NCBI RefSeq assembly: GCF_006345805.1
Contig: NC_042998.1
Span: forward strand, 199,888,001-199,952,000
DNA: 64,000 bases
From: Octopus sinensis
Lineage: Eukaryota
Reading direction: 5' to 3'
Position numbers and translations under genes: made by a program. Numbering within the stretch: the stretch's first letter is position 1; every line of letters starts with the position of its first letter. Below, piece by piece: positions 1-11,570 of this stretch. A model generated the notes under the pieces. The model was given only the letters and a program-made list of their open reading frames with translations, searched no databases and was not told where the DNA came from.

Positions 1-344
1 CTACTACTACTACTACTAATAATAATAATAATAATAATAATCCTGGTTTATGTCTAACTAGTAGAGGGATTCCGCAGTAAAGGAATACTCCCGGTTTAGT
101 ATAGGGATAAAATGAAGTAATCACTAAATTTCCTACAGCTTAATTTAACATTTTGGCAAAATTATAGCTTATGTTGCGTAACATGTGTTATGATGCATCA
201 AAACTATGTGAGTTGAAGAGACAGGATTATAAAAGAATTATATCCTGCAATCAACAGACACATGTGTCTAGTCCTCAGTAAAATGAACATCATTATTGCA
301 CGTATTTGCACTTCGAAGCAAAATCCATGCCTGTGCTCAAATTA

Positions 345-1530
345 TTGGGTTATCCGGAAAGTGCGTGCCGATTTATAGTAGCTTACCTTTCGACTTATTT
401 TAGAACAGGGTTGAATCCATAATATAAGATTTGACTACACCTCCATTTAGAGCACAGTTTAAGCTATCTTTTCGTGGAAGAAGGTTTATGTTCCTATGAC
501 CTATGTTAATTCTGTAACCCTTTAAAATGGAAGACAAGAAAGTTCATTTTCGGCACCTGATGCTTTTCTTTTTCCGTAAAGGGAAAAATGCCTCAGAAGC
601 AACCAAAGAAATATGCGCAGTTTACGATGATGTTTCCTTATCCGAGAGAACTGTACGGAAGTGGTTCGCAAGGTCCCAAGCTGGTGATTGTAGCCTTATT
701 CATAAAGAGCGGTCAGGCAGACCATACACTACAGATAATGACAAAATCAAGTCATTAATTGAGAATAACCCACATTGCACAACTCGAGAATTGGCAGAAA
801 GCCTCAACATATCAAAATCTGTCGTTCATGAGCACCTGGTAAAACTTGGTTACACAAATCGCCACGATGTTTGGGTACCACATGAGTTGAGTGAGAAGAA
901 CCTTCTGGATCGCATTTCCATCTATGATTCGCTTTATAAACAGAATGAAAACGCGCCTTTTTTAAAACAAATTGTTACAGGTGATGAGAAATGGATTGTC
1001 TACCGAAATACTCAGAAAAAGCGATCCTGGAGTAAGCGAAATGAGCCACCCTTAGCCACTCCAAAAGCGGGTCTTCACCCTGAAGCAGCAATTCAAGAGT
1101 TAAAAGCAGCAATTCAAGAGAAACGTCCAGAATTGGCCAGCAGGAAGAGTGTTGTTTTCCAACATGATAATTTAAGACCGCACGTATATTTGGGAACCAG
1201 ACAAAAATTGCTGCAGCTCGGCTAGGATGTGTTACTCCAACCTCCATATTCACCAGATATTGCTCATTCAGATTTCGACTTATTCAGGTCTCTGCTGAAT
1301 AGTCGTAATGGTAAACATTTCAATTCCTTGGATGACGTAAAAAGGTACCTTGATGAATTCTTTGCCATGAAACCACCTCAATTCTGGGAAGTGGGTATTT
1401 TCAAGTTAAAGGAAAGATAGAGATGCATTGTGCAAAAAAATGGTTCATATTTGGTTGATCAAAAATGGAAAGTATTTATTGACCTTTTTCTTTCCTTTAA
1501 AAGTCGGCACGATCTTTCCGGACAACCTAA
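345..1530 (+). mobile_element. Mariner (DD34D) DNA transposon, internally deleted, both TIRs present
   Basis: 5' TIR TTGGGTTATCCGGAAAGTGCGTGCCGATTT (345-374) matches the reverse complement of 1501-1530 (TTAGGTTGTCCGGAAAGATCGTGCCGACTT) with 5 mismatches. TA dinucleotides flank it at 343-344 and 1531-1532, and it encloses a transposase frame. Confidence 0.95.
527..1462 (+). pseudogene. Mariner transposase pseudogene
   Basis: One frame carries the HTH N-terminus (FRHLMLFFFRKGKNASEATKEIC, RSGRP), WVPHEL, TGDEKW, HDN and YSPDIAHSDF motifs. There are in-frame TAG stops at 1223-1225 and 1418-1420 where mariners have Trp, and the segment normally between LHP and QELKAAI is missing. Confidence 0.93.
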
Positions 1531-1625
1531 TACATTCACACATCCATCGCAAAAAGATGCAGCTTCATCTTATATAAATCCCTTCCCCAAAACCCACATG
1601 AGTCGAAATCGATGGGTGTTACATA

Positions 1626-1627
<2 letters not shown>

Positions 1628-1701
<74 letters not shown>

Positions 1702-1703
1702 CA

Positions 1704-1747
<44 letters not shown>
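1628..1747. repeat. (ATT)n microsatellite
   Basis: Near-pure ATT run. Similar tracts lie at about 2304-2452, 2833-2970, 3345-3404, 3803-3961, 5013-5330, 6464-6610 and 9138-9232. Confidence 0.98.
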
Positions 1748-2301
1748 GAGTGAGAGAGCAGTTCATGCCATCAAAGTGACACTGGGGTAAAATATACGAA
1801 GCCCAATATACCCATCATGACTACCCGTCTGATAAAGGTACACCAGGCACATGCATCACAACCATATGTGCGCAACATGGTGATCTCATATCAAGATAAA
1901 CAGCACATGACCTTGCAGGTGGGGCCCAGTTAGAATTTTCTTCAGGTTGAGTAGCCCATCCCGCTCAAACGGTCCCTGAATAAGGGTTGCTTAAGGATGT
2001 TGAAAGAACCACCCATGTTTCCAGAGGTGAACTATTCAAACCCCAAAGAATCCCTCTCAACACATGGCTATGATGCTCCCCCACTACTTCTGCTCGTGAT
2101 CAGAGATGCACATATCGTCAGCCACTAAGGGACATGCTCAACTGGTTAAGGTCAAACAACTGACAAGCAAATCTGTGGTATTGAGCAGAATATTTGCTGT
2201 AGCCCATCTTTTATACCAAGACAAAACAATGTACATGATAACACTTCCAATCAGTTAAGATCAGAAGCCATGAGAGCCACTGCCTGGTACTGCATCAGGG
2301 C

Positions 2302-2303
<2 letters not shown>
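1748..2303 (-). mobile_element. ~556-nt AAT-tract-associated non-coding repeat, full-length copy 1
   Basis: High identity to 6611-7206, 3405-3802, 11570-12122 (opposite strand) and 44221-44571 (opposite strand). In sense orientation it starts ATGCCCTGATGCAG and ends CTCTCTCACTC-(AAT)n. Orientation is inferred from the truncation pattern. Confidence 0.9.
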
Positions 2304-2354
<51 letters not shown>

Positions 2355-2454
2355 TTATTATCATCATCATCATCATCATTATTATTATTATTATTATTAT
2401 TGTTGTTGTTGTTGTTGTTGTTATTCTTATTCTTATTATCATTATTATTATTGT

Positions 2455-2660
2455 TCTGCGAGCAGGCAAAATCGTTAATGCGCAGAGCAAAATGTTTAGC
2501 AATATTTCGTCTTTACGTTCTGAGTTCAAATTCCACACTGGTCGACTTTACATTTCATCCTTTCGGGGTCGATAAATTAAATACCAGTGAAACACTGGGG
2601 TCGAAGTAATTGACTGATTCCCTCTCACCAAATTTGAGGCCTTGTGCCTTCAATAGAAAG
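2455..2660 (+). mobile_element. tRNA-derived SINE (diverged)
   Basis: B-box-like GTTCTGAGTTCAAATTCC followed by CATCCTTTCGGGGTCGATAAATTAAATACCAGT, the same family as 5748, 21649 and 48334. Confidence 0.85.
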
Positions 2661-2671
2661 TATTATTAATA

Positions 2672-2831
2672 TTCCTTCGTTACACAGTGCAGGTAAAAAT
2701 GCACCGGAGACTTTAGTCATCTGTTAAGTTTAATGGACCTCATACAGATAATGCTTTCCTTACGATGTGCGATGTGCCCAATAATGCTGCTTTTTGCCAG
2801 TCATCAATCTTGCATGGGATTTCCAGTTGCC

Positions 2832-2832
<1 letters not shown>
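2672..2832 (-). mobile_element. Short 3' fragment of an R4/Dong-type LINE
   Basis: Minus strand reads QLEIPCKIDDWQKAALLGTSHIVRKALSV*, the C-terminal LLGT-HILR-LS motif seen in the longer copies, then a short 3' UTR running into TAA repeats. Confidence 0.7.
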
Positions 2833-2889
<57 letters not shown>

Positions 2890-2891
2890 CA

Positions 2892-2961
<70 letters not shown>

Positions 2962-2984
2962 CATTATTTTTTATTTATTTATTT

Positions 2985-3336
2985 TTGATATGCATGTTTA
3001 TTTCAGTCACTTGTCGAGATACACCCATCGTCTTTGGGTGAGTGAAGGCTAAGAGATGTTACGTTATGATTGAAAGCTTGTCGAGAGGTAGTAGCTAAAT
3101 ATCTTCATGCAATACAACACAAACATTTAAATGGATAGGGTTTTTCAAAGGATGTGGTCAGTACTAGTCAGTACAATCTTTTGGATTCCTCTGAGACATG
3201 GTTCTCTTTTTTGACACCCCTTTTTTCATCATAACTAGGGTACCTACAATAACAGAAATAGTTCTCGCTTTAGCATGCTACATCTTTTGTATTTCAAGTT
3301 GAAGGTCCAATTTACTCAGTTTGCCAAATTGCGTCT
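2985..3336 (-). mobile_element. Degenerate 3' fragment of an R4/Dong-type LINE (same subfamily as 11080-11502)
   Basis: Decayed KLSK..LEIQKM..ISVIVGTL peptide on the minus strand. GAAATACAAAAGATG and the 3' UTR motif CAAGTGA are shared with the plus-strand copy at 11.1-11.5 kb. Confidence 0.65.
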
Positions 3337-3346
3337 ATTTTATTAC

Positions 3347-3404
<58 letters not shown>

Positions 3405-3802
3405 GAATGAGAGAGCAGTGCATGGCATCAAAGTGGCACTGGGGTAAATTACACATCATGACTACCCGTCTGATAAGGGTACACCAGGCACATGCATCAC
3501 AGCCATATGTGCACGACATGGTGATATCATATCGAGATAAACAGCGCATGAACTTGCAGGTGGGGCCCAGGTTGAATTTTCTTCTGTCTAGTAGCCCATC
3601 CTGCTCAAAAGGTCCCTGAATAAGTGTTGTTTAAGGATGTTGAACGAACCACCCATCTTTCCAAATGTAAATTATCCAAACCTCTAAGTATTCCCTTCAA
3701 CACACGGCTATAATGTTCCCCCACTACTTCTGCTAGTGGTCAGAGATGCACATAGCATCAGCCATTATGGGACATGGTCAACTGGTTAAGGTCAAACAAC
3801 TG
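3405..3802 (-). mobile_element. AAT-associated repeat, 5'-truncated copy 2
   Basis: Same 3' terminus (GAATGAGAGAGCAG on +) as copy 1 with small internal deletions. It stops at GGTCAAACAACTG and enters ATT repeats. Confidence 0.88.
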
Positions 3803-3842
<40 letters not shown>

Positions 3843-3874
3843 TATTATTATTATTATTATTATCATTATTATTA

Positions 3875-3922
<48 letters not shown>

Positions 3923-3961
3923 ATTAGTATTATTATTATTATTATTGTTATTATTATTATT

Positions 3962-5012
3962 CAGTAGTTTTATTTTTATAGCGTGCTTTCACTTCACTAC
4001 CGAGCGCAGCTCTGTGTGCCTTGGGTATGTGCTGTGATTTGTTGTGATGCTCTGATGGTTATTGTATGGAAAGTGTTCTGCGTAGGATGTGTGCAGTGCC
4101 TAGTAGTGCAATTTTCTGTATGTTATATGTGTTTGTAAGTCCTGGTGTTTTTGTTATGTATTTGTCTGAATATTTTTTATCATGCCTAATGCACCTACTA
4201 TGATAGGAATTGTTTCTGTTTTCAGATTCCACATTCTAGTTACCTCTATTTCCAGGTCTTTGTATTTTGAGAGTTTCTCCATTTCTTTTAGAGACACGTT
4301 GTCATCAGCCGGTATTGATACATCAATTAGAAAGCATTTTTTTTCTTCATGATCTCTGACAACTATATCTGGTCTGATGGCCTTAATTTCTCTATCTGTG
4401 TGTATCGGCATATCCCAGAGTATGGTTGCTTTCTCGTTTCCTGTGACCTTTTCTGGTGTGTGCCTATATCATCTTTTTTCTGTTGTTATTCCATAATGTT
4501 GGCATAGCTTCCAGTGTATGTAGGTTCCAACTCTGTCATGTCTGTGAATATATTCCTTCTTAGCCAGGACTGGGCAGCTAGAGATAATATGATTTATTGT
4601 TTCTTGTCCATCTCCACATATTCTGCAGTTACTTGTTATATTTCTTTTCATTACATGTTTTTGGTAATTTCTGGTGGGGAGGCTTTGGTCTTGTGCTGCA
4701 ATTAAAAATCCCTCTGTCTCTGCTTTGAGTCCTGAGCTTCTCAACCATTGCTGGGATTTTTCTTTGTCTATTTATTTTGCGTTTAGTTTAGTCCAGTATT
4801 TACCATGAAGGGGCTTTTCTTGCCATCGTTTTATCATGGTTCGCTGCTGTTCTATTTTTAGTTTGAATTTCATTTGTTTTATAGCTTTTGTTGTTTCTTC
4901 ATCTTCTTCTTCATGTTTATTAGGTGGTATGGTTTCTTGTTTGTATTTGTCAGCTTCCTTAAATACTGAGAACAGTTTTTTGTTTTGCTCGTGTTTTGCT
5001 GCTATCTGGATC
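3962..5012 (-). mobile_element. R4/Dong-clade non-LTR retrotransposon, 5'-truncated (zinc knuckle + restriction-like endonuclease + 3' UTR)
   Basis: ORFs 4469-4744 and 4154-4411 give CRICGDGQETINHIISSC (CCHC), RHD, RPDIVVRD, LIDVSIP, EKLSKYKDL and PIIVGALG. The 3' UTR ends ACTACTG-(AAT)n. Confidence 0.9.
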
Positions 5013-5062
5013 AGTTTTCCTTCCTTGTTATTATTATTTTTATTACTATTATTATTATATTA

Positions 5063-5133
<71 letters not shown>

Positions 5134-5334
5134 TTAATATTAATATTATCATTATTATCATCATCATCATCATCATCATCATTATTATTATTATTTTCAT
5201 TATTATTATTATTATATTATTATTATTATTATTATTATTATCATTATTTTAATTATTATTAATATTATTATTATTATTATTATTGCTGTTGTTGTTGCTT
5301 TTGTTTTTGTAGTTGTTATTATTTTTTGGAGTCT

Positions 5335-6460
5335 GGGCGCTGACGACAAACAAACTGGCTTGTCTGTTGTAGAGGACCTTCTAGTCAGAAACTATCATGG
5401 CTAATTTCTAGATGTACTTTGCCTGGCAGTGCTACAGGAGGTCGCTACCAGTTCCCTCTACAGCTAGGGATGTGCTGTGAGACAGACTTGCCCAAGGTGC
5501 AGAAAGAGTGAAGATACTGTTCCGCACGCTCTCGTTCAGAGTCCGGGCATTGCTAACGTGTTGGATTATGTCGAACAGATGTTGCTACGTGTGGGACGGA
5601 TCCGTCTATCGGCCGGGTCTGTAGTGATGATTGCCTCGTCTCCCTCCTCAAACAGGCAGTCAAGGCAATGTTCCTTTGCCTGGTAGTGTTAGCGAAATAG
5701 GTTGGTGGACAAGGCTGAAAAGCATGAGGGGAGATACATTCCTCTTTGAAGGTGGCGAACTGCCAGAAATGGTAGTACGCTGAGTGAAATGATTAGCGGT
5801 ATTTTGTCTGCCGCTACGTTCTGAGTTGAAATTCCGCCGAGGTCCACTTTGCCTTTCAGCCTTTCAGGGACGATTAAATAAATACCAGTTACTCACTGGG
5901 ATCGATATAATCGACTTAATCCGTTTGGCTGTCCTTGTTTGTCTCCTCTATGTTTAGCCCCTTGAGGGCAATAAAGAAATAAGATACATTCCTCTTTAGC
6001 AGAGCTCTCATTCACTTCTTAAAGTTTCACTTAAAAACTAACTTGACGGTGGAGAGGGATGTGCTCTCCTCGAGTGAGTTAGTTGAAAGGTGGGCGAAAT
6101 TTGCCTAAATGGTATGACTGGGTGGTACCTAATTAAGCGTAGACATGTGGGTCGGAGAGAATTACTTGAAGTGGGCACTTACTCTAGGTGTTCAAGGAAC
6201 TCCCGGACAAAGGGCTTGCTAATTATCCCTAGAGGTCATCCTGTATCAGAAGGGTTACATCTCTATCATCCACCCACTTTTTTCCTGTAAACCTTTCTAT
6301 TCTGTGCATATGTCCCTTCCCTTTCATTGTATGCCGTTTTTACGTTCATTTTGCTTTCTCTTATTTAATTATTTTATCATTTCATTATATATAAAGCGCA
6401 ACACTTTATAGCTATCTTCCAACTATTCTTCTCCTCCTTTGACCTGGGGACAAATAAATG
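5335..6460 (+). mobile_element. Tx1/L1-like LINE C-terminal fragment, interrupted by a SINE
   Basis: TCPRCRKSEDTVPHALVQSPG resembles the L1/Tx1 C-terminal CCHC region, followed by LIHFLKFHLK..ERW-like helices and a T-rich 3' UTR. The clade call is from motif memory. Confidence 0.6.
5748..5981 (+). mobile_element. Full-length tRNA-derived SINE with 16-bp TSD
   Basis: AGATACATTCCTCTTT at 5732-5747 and 5982-5997 flanks a tRNA-like head with GTTCTGAGTTGAAATTCC and an A-rich tail. Confidence 0.92.
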
Positions 6461-6481
6461 AAATTATTATTATTATTATTA

Positions 6482-6537
<56 letters not shown>

Positions 6538-6565
6538 TATTATTATTATTACTACTACTATTATT

Positions 6566-6610
<45 letters not shown>

Positions 6611-7206
6611 GAGTGAGAGAGCAGTTCATGCCATCAAAGTGACACTGGGGTAAAATATACGAAGCCCAATATACCCATCATGACTACCCGTCTGATAAGG
6701 GTACACCAGGCACATGCATCACAACCATATGTGCGTGACATGGTGATCTTATATCAAGATAAACAGCACATGACCTTGCAGGTGGAGCCCAGTTAGAATT
6801 TTCTTCAGGTTGAGTAGCCCATCCTGCTCAAACGGTCCCTGAATAAGGGTTGTTTAAGGATGTTGAAAAAACCACCCGTGTTTCCAGAGGTGAATTATTC
6901 AAACCCCAAAGAATCCCTCTCGACACATGGCTATGATGCTCCCCCACTACTTCTGCTCGTGATCAGAGATGCACATATCGTCAGCCACTAAGGGACATGC
7001 TCAACTGGTTATGGTTAAACAGCTGACAAGCAAATCTGTGGTACTGAGCAGAATATTTGCTGTAGCCCATCTTTTATACCAAGACAAAATAATGTACATG
7101 ATAACACTTCCAATCAGTTAAGATCAGAAGCCATGAGAGCCACTGCCTGGTACTGCATCAGGGCATTCTGGTACTGCATCAGGGCATCCTGGTACTGCAT
7201 CAGGGC
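6611..7206 (-). mobile_element. AAT-associated repeat, full-length copy 3 with triplicated 5'-terminal 21-mer
   Basis: Near-identical to copy 1. CTGGTACTGCATCAGGGCAT(T/C) is repeated at 7147, 7168 and 7189. Confidence 0.9.
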
Positions 7207-7249
7207 TATTATTATTATTATTATTATTATTATATTATTATTATTATTA

Positions 7250-7281
<32 letters not shown>

Positions 7282-7288
7282 GGTATTA

Positions 7289-7340
<52 letters not shown>

Positions 7341-7373
7341 GTTATATTATTATTATTATTATTATTATTATTG

Positions 7374-7411
<38 letters not shown>

Positions 7412-7589
7412 CTACTACTACTACTATTATTATTATTATTATTATTATTACTATACTATTATTATTATTATTACTATTACTATTATTATTATTATATTAT
7501 TATTATTATTATCTTATTATATTATTATTATTATTATTATATATTATTATTATTGTTATTATATTATTATTATATTATTATTGGTATTA

Positions 7590-7641
<52 letters not shown>

Positions 7642-7669
7642 GTTATTATTATTATTATTATTATTATTG

Positions 7670-7702
<33 letters not shown>

Positions 7703-7773
7703 TATTACTACTACTACTACTATTATTATTATTATTATTATTATTACTATTACTTATTATTATTATTATATAC

Positions 7774-7855
<82 letters not shown>
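7207..7855. repeat. ~650-bp compound (ATT)n/(ACT)n microsatellite
   Basis: Interrupted ATT run with ACT, GTT and GGT variants; it is the source of ORFs 7133, 7339 and 7371. Confidence 0.98.
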
Positions 7856-7858
<3 letters not shown>

Positions 7859-9137
7859 TAGTTTTATTTTTTATAGCGTGCTTTCACTTCACTACCGAGC
7901 GCAGCTCTGTGTGCCTTAGGTATGTGCTGTGATTTGTTGTGATGCTCTGATGGTAATTGTATGGAAAGTGTTCTGCGTCGGATGTGTGCAGTGCCTAGTA
8001 GTGCAATTTTCTGTATGTTATATGTGCTTGTAAGTCCTGGTGTTTTTGTTATGTATTTGTCTGAATATTTTTTTATCATGCCTAATGCACCTACTATGAT
8101 AGGAATTGTTTCAGTTTTTAGATTCCACATTCTGGTTACTTCTATTTCCAGGTCTTTGTATTTTGAGAATTTCTCCATTTCTTTTAGAGATACGTTATCA
8201 TCTGCCGGTATTGATACATTAATTAGAAAGCATTTCATGATCTCTGACAACTATATCTGGTCCGTTGTCCTTAATTTTTCTATCTGTGTGTATCGGCATA
8301 TCCCAGAGTATGGTTGCTTTCTCGTTTTCTGTGACCTTTTCTGGTGTGTGCCTATACCATCTTTTTTCTGTTGTTATTCCATAATGTTGGCATAGCTTCC
8401 AATGTATGTAGGATCCAACTCTGTCATGTCTGTGAATATATTCCTTCTTAGCCGGGACTGGGCAGCTAGAGATAATATGATTTATTGTTTCTTGTCCATC
8501 TCCACATATTCTGCAGTTACTTGTTATATTTCTTTTCATTATGTTTTTGGTAATTTCTGGTGGGGAGGCTTTGGTCTTGTGCTGCAATTAAAAATCCCTC
8601 TGTCTCTGCTTTGAGTACTGGGCTTCTCAACCATTGCTGGGATTTTTCTTTGTCTATTTCTTTTGCGTTCAGTTTAGTCCAGTGTTTACCATGAAGGGGC
8701 TTTTCTTGCCATCGTTTTATCATGGTTAATTGCTGTTCTATTTTTGTTTAGATTTCATTTGTTTTATAGCTTTTGTTATTTCTTCATCTTCTTCTTCTTG
8801 TTTTTCATATTTATTAGGTGGTATATGATTCTTGTTTGTATTTGTCAGCTTCCTTAAATACTGAGAACAGTTTTTTGTTTGCTCGTGTTTTGCCGCTATT
8901 TGTATCAGTTTTCCTTTCTTCTGAAGTAGATATTTTGCAGTCCTATGGTGGTTATTTTATAGTAGTTTTCCAGTTGTATAAGGCCTTTCTACCACCTTCT
9001 ATACGTTGTATATATAGTCTTTCTATGTCAGATTTTGGGTGATGCATCCTAGATCCTGTCATTATTTTTCTTGTGTTCCTATCTATTTTGGTCAGTTCAT
9101 TTAGTGTCCAGTTAAGGATTTTGTAGCTGTAACTACA
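7856..9137 (-). mobile_element. R4/Dong-clade LINE, 5'-truncated, same subfamily as 3962-5012
   Basis: Same 3' end (CAGTAGTTTTATTTTTATAGCG on +), CCHC knuckle, LIDVSIP-like and EKFSKYKDL motifs. It extends further 5' into the RT thumb (MHHPKSDIERLY). Confidence 0.9.
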
Positions 9138-9232
<95 letters not shown>

Positions 9233-9235
<3 letters not shown>

Positions 9236-10520
9236 CACTGAACAGATTAGACTTTGGAAATGATAAGAATCCTAACATCGGGTTACAAGTTGCCTCAAAT
9301 ACCAAGAACCCTCCTATTGGGTTACAAGTAATCACGGATGCCAAAACGCTCTTAAGTATCCTAGCTGTCCCTAATAACACTGTTCTCAGGAGCTGTACTA
9401 AACTGGGTTTTATGCCTACTTCCTCTATCCATCTGTTAAGAGCTTTAGAAATAGTTCCCAATATAGCTATAACTACTGGGATACATTGTACCCGCACTTT
9501 CCATAGTCTCTGTAATCCAATAGCCAGGTCCTCATACTTTGCTATTTTTTCTATACCTCTGATATTAATTTCTCATCATTTGCAACTGTACACTCAATTA
9601 TCTGACACTTTCGAATCTCCTCTCTAATACTACCAAACCAGGCCTTCTAGCTTCTATCGCTCTGTCTGTCAGAATGTAAATGTCCCACAACATGTAGTAT
9701 TTCTTACTTTCTAGTATTTTACTAAGTTCATGTACATACGATTTATCAACATTACAAATCCTAGCTTTCTACATTGCTCCCAGTGGATTATTCCTCTAGA
9801 TTGTCATGTCTTTTCTTGTATTCTTTCAATGCAAGCATGCTACATTCACTTACTATATGAACAACGCTTTCTTCTTTGCATTGCATAAGCTACATTGGGA
9901 ATCTACTTTGTTTTTGTCTATCTTGGCTTTTATCCAATTAGTCCTTAATGTTTGATCTTGTGCTGCTACTAACACAGTTTTTCTCCCTCTTCAGCTTTCC
10001 TTTCTGCAAACATCACCATGACTCACAACTACTATTTGTTGTAAATATCTTTGGGAATCTACCATGCAACGCTTTCTCTTACCAGATAATTTCTGTTCTT
10101 TTTTCTGATTTTTAACTTCGTTTGGTTTTTTTGGTTTCCCTATATCTTGCAGATTTTATTAAATTTTCTTCATTATTACCTACATATCAGTTTATATCTA
10201 CTCTAGCTAACTCTACATAGTCTTCTACTGATGTCAACCCTCATCCGCCTTCATTTATAGGTAGGTTTAATATTGCTACTCCTGCAGTTGGGCGGAGTCA
10301 TCCACTTATATTGAATTCCTCCCCATTTCTTTTGTCTAGCTTTACAAATTCAGTTTTTGTCCAATCTAATAATGCTGCCGAGTAGTTTTACGCGTCAGTA
10401 GTTTTATTATTATTCTATGGTTCCACCACTGTTCAACCGATTGCGTGATACCGCTTGGATACTTGAAGAATTTCTATTTTGTATTGTATAGGAAGTACTC
10501 TAGGTATTGTTAGTGCAGAG
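9233..10520 (-). mobile_element. R4/Dong-clade LINE of a second, older subfamily
   Basis: KYEDLA..LQRLWKVRVQCIPVVIAILGT..LLGTARILKSVL on the minus strand, with a decayed CSLC..ESVVHIVSEC knuckle and AAQDQ motif upstream. The 3' end adjoins the TAA tract. Confidence 0.82.
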
Positions 10521-11079
10521 GATATGAGTTCTATTTTTTCTATTCGGTGTTCTTTTGCGTAAGATCTGGAATTCAGTTTATGTTTTTACGTATGCATATA
10601 TGCATTATATTTAATAGTTCCTAAAACACCTATTTATAATTGTTCAACCTCACTCTGAATATCGTATACTTCTATATTAAAATATTTAGATAATTTCCTC
10701 ATTTGTTCAAGAGGTATATAATCTTCTGCATCTTTTATTAGAAGACATCTCATTTTTTTTAGTCGCCCTTTACGAGAACAATAAAATGACAAAACTGACA
10801 ACGTACTGAGATATAATTGTTTGGAAATTGATTACATCTCGGAAATAGTCTTGGAGGATCAACAAATACATTGTGGTTGAATAATTAAAGAGACTCTTAT
10901 ATTAATTGTTACTCTTCAGTTATTTTCTGATAATGATATATATTACAATATAATAACTTTGTCAAACAATATTAACAACGCTTTTATTTTTGATACTGGT
11001 TCTTCTGGCTCTGCAATCATTCATTTAATTATCATATATAATATATTATGCCGTTTGCATAACGTTGAAAACATAATAA

Positions 11080-11502
11080 TAATATTTCAAGACCTGACAG
11101 AAAAATCCAGACTAATCGACCGTACATAATTATGAAAGACAGGGAAGAAAATACTTCTTGACTTATGACGTATGTGCCCCACACTGATAAAAATGTAAGC
11201 GCCTGGGTATTGAAATACAAAAGATGTGGTATCTTAAGGTAAGACTGTTCTTGTTATTGTACATGCCATATGTACGATAAAAAATATCTTGTCAACAAGG
11301 GAAGTCCTATCACAAAGGAATCCAAACTTTTGTATTCACAAGGACTGTTCATATCCTATTAATTCAAATGTTTGTATTGTATAGTATGAATGTATTTCTG
11401 GATTTCCCTTCCTAAGCTTTTAGTTATAATTCATCATCTGTTGTTTTTCACTTACCCTAGGATGCTAGGTGTGTTCCGGCAAGTGATTGCATCAACATGT
11501 AG
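11080..11502 (+). mobile_element. Degenerate R4/Dong-clade 3' fragment on the plus strand
   Basis: PDRKIQTNRPYIIMKDREENT..PHTDKNVSA is a decayed RPD..D endonuclease region. The 3' UTR runs into (TAA)n at 11503. Confidence 0.7.

Positions 11503-11569
<67 letters not shown>
11503..11569. repeat. (AAT)n microsatellite (opposite strand polarity to the upstream ATT tracts)
   Basis: Direct reading. Confidence 0.98.

Positions 11570-11570
<1 letters not shown>

Noticed and set aside
2180-2303. HDV-like or hammerhead ribozyme at the 5' end of the 556-nt element
   Set aside because: By hand I could not build the nested P1/P2/P3/P1.1 pseudoknot or find CUGANGA plus GAAA. A covariance-model search would be needed to exclude it fully.
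3405-9137. Segmental duplication of the block 556-element + ATT + Dong (3405-5012 versus 6611-9137)
   Set aside because: The 556-nt copies differ in truncation and divergence and the Dong copies have different 5' ends, so independent insertions fit better.
11180-11245. Apparent exon ending in a strong donor AAG|GTAAGA
   Set aside because: The surrounding sequence translates as a decayed Dong-type endonuclease region, so the donor match is incidental.
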